NCBI GenBank assembly: GCA_964016885.1
Contig: OZ024763.1
Span: forward strand, 12,090,001-12,154,000
Origin: Eledone cirrhosa
Taxonomy: Eukaryota
DNA length: 64,000 nt
Direction of reading: 5' to 3'
The notes beneath the pieces were generated by a model. It was given only the letters and a program-made list of their open reading frames with translations, was not told where the DNA came from and did not search any database. Every line of letters starts with the position of its first letter. The stretch's first letter is position 1. The position numbers and the translations under genes are program-made. Shown here piece after piece: positions 56,238-64,000 of this stretch.

Positions 56238-57239
56238 TCTCACCTACCACTAAATGTTCCCATTAAATACATCACCAATTGCTACTCTATACTACCCAAG
56301 CCCTGCTGTGTTTGGCTGTGTACCTCTGTCTTATCAACATCACCTCTCTACCTCACATCTGTTTATATATAATTGTTTCTACTTTTGGCACAAGGCCAGC
56401 AATCACCCAGTGTATTACTGGTACTTTATTTTATCGACCCCGTAAGGATGAAAGGCAAAGTTAACATCGGCGGGATTTGAACTCAGATCATAATCATAAA
56501 GGGAGGTAACTCTATGCTTCAAAGCATGGTGTCCGACCCTCTACCGATACTGCCAATCCACCAATATAATATTACCAACCCAGTCAACCCACCCCTACCA
56601 TTCTAAACTTATCACACCTACCAGCCCATCCAAACCAACAATGCCAGACCAGTAGCATTAACAACCCAGTCATCCGCCTTCCCACTCCACCCCAACCAGT
56701 TATCCTCCTTCTCACCCCCAACAGTCACCCACCCTTCCAACTAGTTAGTCACTTCAGTCAACCCTACCCCTTAACCAGTCACCTTCTTTCCCAACCGGCT
56801 AGTTATCTCACCTAACCTTTATCCTCAGCAGCCATAACCACACAGCTATTGCCAAACTACCCTGTCATTGCCCTCAACCCAACCTCAGCCCACCCAACCT
56901 GTCAGAAGACCAACCATAGCCCACTCGACCGTAGCCCTCAACCCAACCTCAGCCCTCAACCCAACCTCAGCTCACCCACCCTCAGCCCTCAACCCAATCT
57001 CAGACCAACCATAACCCACCCAATCATAGCCCTCAACCCAACCTCAGCCCACCCAACCATAGCCCTCAACCCAACCTCAGCCCACCCAACCACATACCAC
57101 CCTCACCACATCCCACCCAACCTGTCATAAGACCAACCAACCATTTAATCTGACATCATACAAGATGCAGTACATAATTTATCACAGTTTTATTGCATCT
57201 GTCATCTGGTCTCTCTAGCTTGTAGCACTTAATGCATCA

Positions 57240-57822
57240 ACAGCTACCACCAGCACCACCACAACAACAGCTACCACCAGCACCACCACCACAACAGCTA
57301 CTACCACCACCACAACAGCTACTACCACCACCACAACAGCTACTACCACCACCACAACAGCTACCACTAGCACCACCACCACCACAACAGCTACTACCAC
57401 CACCACAACAGCTACTACCACCACCACAACAGCTACTACCACCACCCCCACCACAACAGCTACTACCACCACCACAACAGCTACTACCACCACCCCCACC
57501 ACAACAGCTACTACTACCACCACTACCACCACCACAACAGCTACTACCACCACCACAACAGCTACTACCACCACCACAACAGCTACCACCACCACCACAA
57601 CTGCTACCAAAACCACCACAACAGCTACTACCACCACCACAACAGCTACTACCACCACCACAACAGCTACTACCACCACCACAACAGCTACCACCACCAC
57701 CACCACAACTGCTACCAAAACCACCACAACAGCTACTACCACCACCACCACCACCACCACCACAACAGCTACTACCACCACAAAAGCTACCATTACCACC
57801 ACCACAACAGCTACCACCACCA
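57240..57822. repeat. 21-bp ACAACAGCTACTACCACCACC minisatellite
   Basis: Direct inspection. Confidence 0.9.
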
Positions 57823-57882
57823 TAACATTACAATATTTACACCACAGTACCACTACTACACTCCTACCACTACTACAACAGT

Positions 57883-58152
57883 AGTTTACTCAGCTGTAGA
57901 AATGAGATGATAGGGACTGGGGTCCCTATCATTCCACTATAAAGTGGTCGTGGAGGCGCCACGGCAAAAAAAATCACCCAGCACTCACTGTAAATGAGGT
58001 TGGTGTTAGGAAGGGCATCCAGCTGTAGAAATCAAGCCAGAATCAGTTCCCTATGAGCAAGAGAAGGTCAGCCCACTGGACACTGCCCACAACAGGACAA
58101 CCCGTCTGACCCATGCTGGCATGGACGTAAAAAACGGTGATGGTGATGATGA
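57883..58152 (+). mobile_element. 5'-truncated SINE family A, alternative-tail subfamily
   Basis: Matches 52993-53260 in reverse. Confidence 0.85.
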
Positions 58153-58429
58153 TATCAAAGAGCGTTGGCCTCAGAGGGGAAATTTCTAGGTGCAAATCCC
58201 ATGGTCATTTGTGACCGAAGGGGGTGTTTACCCTTACCCTTTATACATATATATGATATATGAATGAGTCAGGACCCCGACGGCTGAGCTCTTGCTATTT
58301 CAACAGACTGAGTGGCAAAGGCTTTGGCGGGTATATATACACGCACATAATGTATGTTGATTTTGATTTTTTTTGTTAGAAATACTTTCATTAGTGTATA
58401 TTTCTATTTAACAATAAATTCTACACCAA

Positions 58430-58946
58430 TCTAAACTATAACAAAGGAGTGCGGGACTGCGTCCAGAATATATATTTTTTTTATCCCGTTTGTAAAATAA
58501 GTTGGATTACTTTGAATAAATAATTGTTTCTACGTTAGGCACAAGGCCAGCAAATACCCAGTACATTACTGGTACTTTATTTTATCGACCCCATAAGGAT
58601 GAAAGGCAAAGTTAAGCTCGACGGGATTTGAACTCAGACCGTAATGTATGAATATTACATAATCTATGTGCTAAATTTCGTGGCTGTTGATTAAATATAT
58701 TTTATAGCTTATTTAAAGATCTTTAAAATTCACTTCTTTAAAGTTTTCAAATGTCAACACTTCCGGTTAGCGGCCGTTATATTATAAGGCGGTGGATTGG
58801 CAGTCGGACGCCATGCTTTGAAGCATAGAGTTACCTCCCTGTATGATCTGAGTTCAAATCCCGCCGAGGTTAACTTTGCCTTTCATCCTTACGGGGTCGA
58901 TAAAATAAAGTACCAGTACATTACTGGGGTGGTTTTTCTCTGCTAG
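58430..58946 (+). mobile_element. Non-autonomous Helitron, second copy, with nested SINEs
   Basis: A|TC start, CTAG|T end, homology to 12110-12275 and 12474-12560. Confidence 0.68.
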
Positions 58947-59116
58947 TATATATAATATATGTCTATATTTACAATAATGTAAATATATACACACACACAT
59001 ACAGGCAATATGTAAATACAGACACATATATGCAATATGTTAAATCACACAAACATATATGCATATACACACACATACTTCCACATACACATGATTATAC
59101 ATATATGTGCACACAT

Positions 59117-59147
<31 letters not shown>

Positions 59148-59679
59148 CATTATATACATACAGACAATGTGTGTTTGGTAAAATATATGTATACAATATG
59201 TAATGTTTATTGTAATGTAAATATATATACATATACACACATACATATATATATACACACCACATACAAGAGGATGTGTGTATGTATGTAATGTAAACAT
59301 ATACACACACACAAATATATACACACCACATACATGTGGTGTGTGTGTGTATGTAATGTAAACATACACACACACATCTACATACACACATACACACATA
59401 TCTACATACACACACACACACAAACACTCAAATATATACACACCACATACAAAGAATGTATATATGTATGGTGTTTATTGTGGTGTGTGTGTCTATGTAT
59501 ATGTGTGTGGTGTGTCTGTATGTCTGTCTGTATGTATATATGTCATTCTTACTGTATGTATATATGTGTGTGTGTATGTATGTATGTGTCAGTCTGTATG
59601 TATGTAGAAAGGTCAGTCTGTGTGTGTGTATATATGTATGTATGTTCACCAGTTGGTGCTACTGGTAACATGTATCCCA

Positions 59680-59915
59680 GTACAACCTGTCTCAAGGTCG
59701 GGTCATTGGCGACTAAACTGGCAACCCCACCAAGGTTTCTTGGTGAGGAGGGTGACTTTGGACATCCTGCAGGACTAAAAACAAAACCTGTCAAAGTGCA
59801 ATTGGAGCTCTTAAGAGTCAATGGCCATCCAAAATCACCGGGAGAGATGACCCCTTAGCCTTTGTCAAGGCAGAATTCTAGGAGAAGGAAAACTCTGATA
59901 TAACACCTGCAACCC
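59680..59915 (+). mobile_element. Probable RTE 5' UTR fragment
   Basis: CTGGCAACCCCACC and GGAGAAGGAAAACTCTGAT motifs recalled from RTE leaders. Confidence 0.4.
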
Positions 59916-59929
59916 TGATGGTATCCAAT

Positions 59930-60250
59930 GATGTTGACTTGTTCTTCTTTTTGGTAAATATCATCTTGGTTAAGAGAGTGGGACTGGCTTTGTGCAGTGC
60001 CTTTGCTCACTATAAAAGCTTCACGGCACAGGCATTGCTTTATATCTGGAGATCTCTCTGCACTTGTCGTCACATGGTACCATGGGCCCAGCATTATGTG
60101 TCAATAATTGTCACAAGTGCAGTGTTTGTACCAGAGTTTTCAAGTCGCTGGCTGGACTAAAAAGTCTCACTCGTTCAGCGCATCGGTAGGGGTTCTCCTA
60201 CATGGATATAAAGTAGTGGCTGTACTCGTAAACGAGTTGGCAGCCACCAT
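59930..60250 (-). pseudogene. Possible decayed Penelope GIY-YIG endonuclease fragment
   Basis: Broken frames ending IKQCLCREAFIVSK..HSLN resemble the R..RE..I......GLN C-terminal motif. Confidence 0.35.
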
Positions 60251-60430
60251 GTATGTATGTAGATATGTCAATCTGTGTGTGTGTGAATGTATATATGTGT
60301 GTATATATGTATGTAGATATGTCAGTCTGTGTATGTATGCATATATGTCTGTATGTATGTAGATATGTCAGTCTGTATGTATGTATGTATATATATATAT
60401 ATATATATATATGTCAGTCTGTATGTGATG

Positions 60431-60467
<37 letters not shown>

Positions 60468-60639
60468 TTTTTTTTTTTCGGTGACAGCCATCCTTGGCTG
60501 TGACCTCTTCAGGCAATCTGATATGCTTCCAGTTCCTCAGAGAAATAACAACCCAACCAGGAGCTGGACATATCGGAGTATTGACAGAGTAAAACACACT
60601 TCAACAACATGTGTACCTGTCTCTACCACACCAATTCGG

Positions 60640-60694
60640 ACTGCCTGAAGAGGTCACAGCCAATGATGGCTGTCACCGAAATATATATAGCAGT
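60640..60694 (+). ncRNA. Type I minimal hammerhead ribozyme, family P3 (canonical core)
   Basis: ACTGC-CTGAAGA-GGT C ACAGCCA ATGA TGGCTGT C ACC-GAAA-T ATAT A-TA-GCAGT; predicted cleavage after 60689; AATAAA 8 nt downstream; inverted partial copy 60476-60514. Confidence 0.85.
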
Positions 60695-61710
60695 ACATCT
60701 TTAATAAACGAAGCCAAATTTTAAATATTTGACTAAATTATTTTATTTTACATTAACCCGGAGTAATCAAACCAACCTGCGTACTTGTCGAGTGCTCCAC
60801 TCTGCATACTGAGGTGTCGGTAAACAACCAACATATACTCAAATATATATATATGTATATATATGTCAGTCTGAATGTATATTTAATGGTAAACTGAGAC
60901 AGTGATAACAATCAAACCTTAGTCTCTTAAATCTTTCTACTTCAATCTCTTCTTAAACCCTCCACACTCACCCCCTCCACACTTATCTCTCACTCCCTCC
61001 TTCTCTCTACTTATCTCTCTCTCCCCAACCTCTCTCCCTCCTTCTCTGTACTTATCTCTCTCCCCAACCCCTCTCCCTCCTTCTCTGTACTTATCTCTCT
61101 CCCCAACCCCTCTCCCTTTCTCTCTCTACTTATCTCTCTCCCCCACCCCTCACCCTCCCTCTCTCCCCAACCCCTCTCCCTCCCTCTCTCTACTTATATC
61201 TCTCCCTCTCTCTACATACCCGACCTCTCTCTCTACCTTTCCAGCCTCCCCCTCCCCACCCGTTCTCCCTTCATGTGTCTATTGTCTGCTTTTGTCTCCA
61301 CAGATTTGGGTCCTTTTTCTTTCATACACCTCCACTACACCACCACCACCACCACCACTAACTTTAATATATCCTCCACTACACCACCTTTCATAAATCC
61401 ACCCCTCCACCACCCCACCACCTTTCATAAATCCACCCTCCACCACACCACCAATAACTTATACTCCCACTCCACCACTAACCCCAAATGGACTCCAAAC
61501 ACCCTCCACCCAGCCCGACCTACTAACCAATGGTAACGATATAGTCAGCCACACTAGTGGCTGGACTGTGTACTAATGGAGGGGGCAGTGGGGTGGGGGT
61601 CAGTGTGACAGCTGGGTGGTATTAAAGGCATTCTTTGAGGGAAATCTGGTTTGTTGACTGTGGGGGTGGGTGGGTAGATACTGGTGGGGATGAAGGTGGG
61701 GAGCTGGAGA

Positions 61711-61748
<38 letters not shown>

Positions 61749-62565
61749 CACTCACATGTATACATATGCACTCTCTCACACATTTACTCAAACACACATA
61801 CACTCGCACACATGTACACAAACACACATACATTCTCACACACTCTCACACACACATACACTCTCACACACTCACACACACACATACACTCTCACACACA
61901 CATACACTCTCACACACACATAAACTCACACACACATAAACTCACACACACACACATGTACTCAAACACATACACACTCACACACTCTCACACATGTACT
62001 CAAACACACATACACTCACACACACACATGTACTCAAACACACATACTCTCTCCCTCTCTCTCACACACTCTCACACACACACACATACTCTCTCCCTCT
62101 CTCTCACACACTCTCACACACACACACTCTTTGTCACACACGCATACATTTTCACACACATGCAGTTGCTCTCCACACATATATACACACACGCACATGT
62201 ACTTTCTCACACACATGCACTCATTCTCACACATGCACACACACACACCCACATATTTTGTTACGGTTTGTCCCCATCTAGACCCTGTTAGGGACCTCAG
62301 GAATATCCTGTGTTTGTGTGTTATCCACATCTTATGTGAAGGTTATTGACAGTTTTTCAGTTTTGGTGGAGACTACAATGTAATTTTTAAATGGAACCCC
62401 TCTACATAAGGCCGGGGTGAGTCCCTTGTCACCCTGTGAGAAGGGTGGTGTCATATGATGGTTTTTATTGAATCTGACCATATTGCAGCTTTTGGTCATA
62501 TTTGCACCAGTCACCAATTTTATAATTTTTTGAGAAGTAGCCTTTATTCTGCTAGTCGTAACCAC

Positions 62566-62668
<103 letters not shown>

Positions 62669-62849
62669 ATTTAATATAGAAGTGGCTACTACAGGACTAG
62701 AACTGTTTCATTTGAAGGAAATCATTAGGAAAGCCCTTCGAATGAAACAGTTCTAATCCTGTAGGAGCCATTTCTATATTAAACATTATATACTCTGCTA
62801 TGTATTGAGTACCTTACTTACTGTGGTTACTCCTGATTGAACCTGGGAT

Positions 62850-62942
<93 letters not shown>

Positions 62943-62946
62943 TACG

Positions 62947-63098
<152 letters not shown>

Positions 63099-63109
63099 TA
63101 TATAAGAAT

Positions 63110-63176
<67 letters not shown>

Positions 63177-63181
63177 TAGAT

Positions 63182-63246
<65 letters not shown>

Positions 63247-63434
63247 AGTAAGTAGGACCCCGACGGCTGAGCTCAAGCCGTTTCGACGGCTAAGTCTGGA
63301 CTAGAATTAGCCGTCGAAACGGCTTGAGCTCAGCCGTCGGGGTCCTACTCGTTCCTAGTACCCACTCTACTACCCTAAGTATTGAGTACTTTGGTGCGTC
63401 ATGGTCCACCTGGTTCCTTACCACATTTCCTTCG

Positions 63435-63487
<53 letters not shown>

Positions 63488-63746
63488 TATATATATATAT
63501 ACACACCCACATATATATATAGACACACACACAAACACACATATATATAGACACACACACATATATATATATAAACACACACACACATATATGTATAGAC
63601 ACACCCACATATATATATAGACACACACACAAACACACATATATATAGACACACACACATATATATATATAAACACACACATACATATATGTATAGACAC
63701 ACCCACATATATATATATATATAGACACACACACATACATATATAG

Positions 63747-63794
<48 letters not shown>

Positions 63795-64000
63795 ATATAT
63801 ATATACACACCCACATATATATATAGACACACACACAAACACACATATATAGACACACACATATATATATATATATAGATACACACACATATATATATAT
63901 AGACACACCCACATATATATAGACACACACACATATATATATATATATAGATACACACACATATATATATATAGACACACCCACATATATATAGACACAC

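Noticed and set aside
62259-62564. Solo LTR (TGTTACG...CGTAACCA)
   Set aside because: Terminal inverted match is imperfect, with no target-site duplication or second copy

Overview
Eukaryotic, AT-rich window made up almost entirely of microsatellites, minisatellites and transposon debris. The SINE families and (TA/CA)n density suggest a cephalopod (Octopus-like) genome; this is inference from recalled repeat families. No intact host protein-coding gene is recognisable, and nearly all long ORFs in the track are simple-repeat artefacts. Real protein remnants are all mobile-element derived: RTE-clade RT C-termini, a CRE-type endonuclease fragment, an internally deleted Helitron, and Penelope-like N-terminal and GIY-YIG fragments. 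The most notable hidden structure is a set of at least six unrelated short non-coding elements carrying type I minimal hammerhead ribozyme folds. Several have a complete catalytic core and a palindromic stem III loop. They often occur as tail-to-tail inverted duplications, sit within (TA)n tracts and share a GAGTRCT motif, and they resemble Penelope-like pseudo-LTRs or retrozymes. Also visible are a SINE/RTE partnership with tail swapping, a twin-priming-type RTE inversion, a SINE apparently carried by a Helitron, and satellites born inside TEs. All folds and alignments were done by eye.
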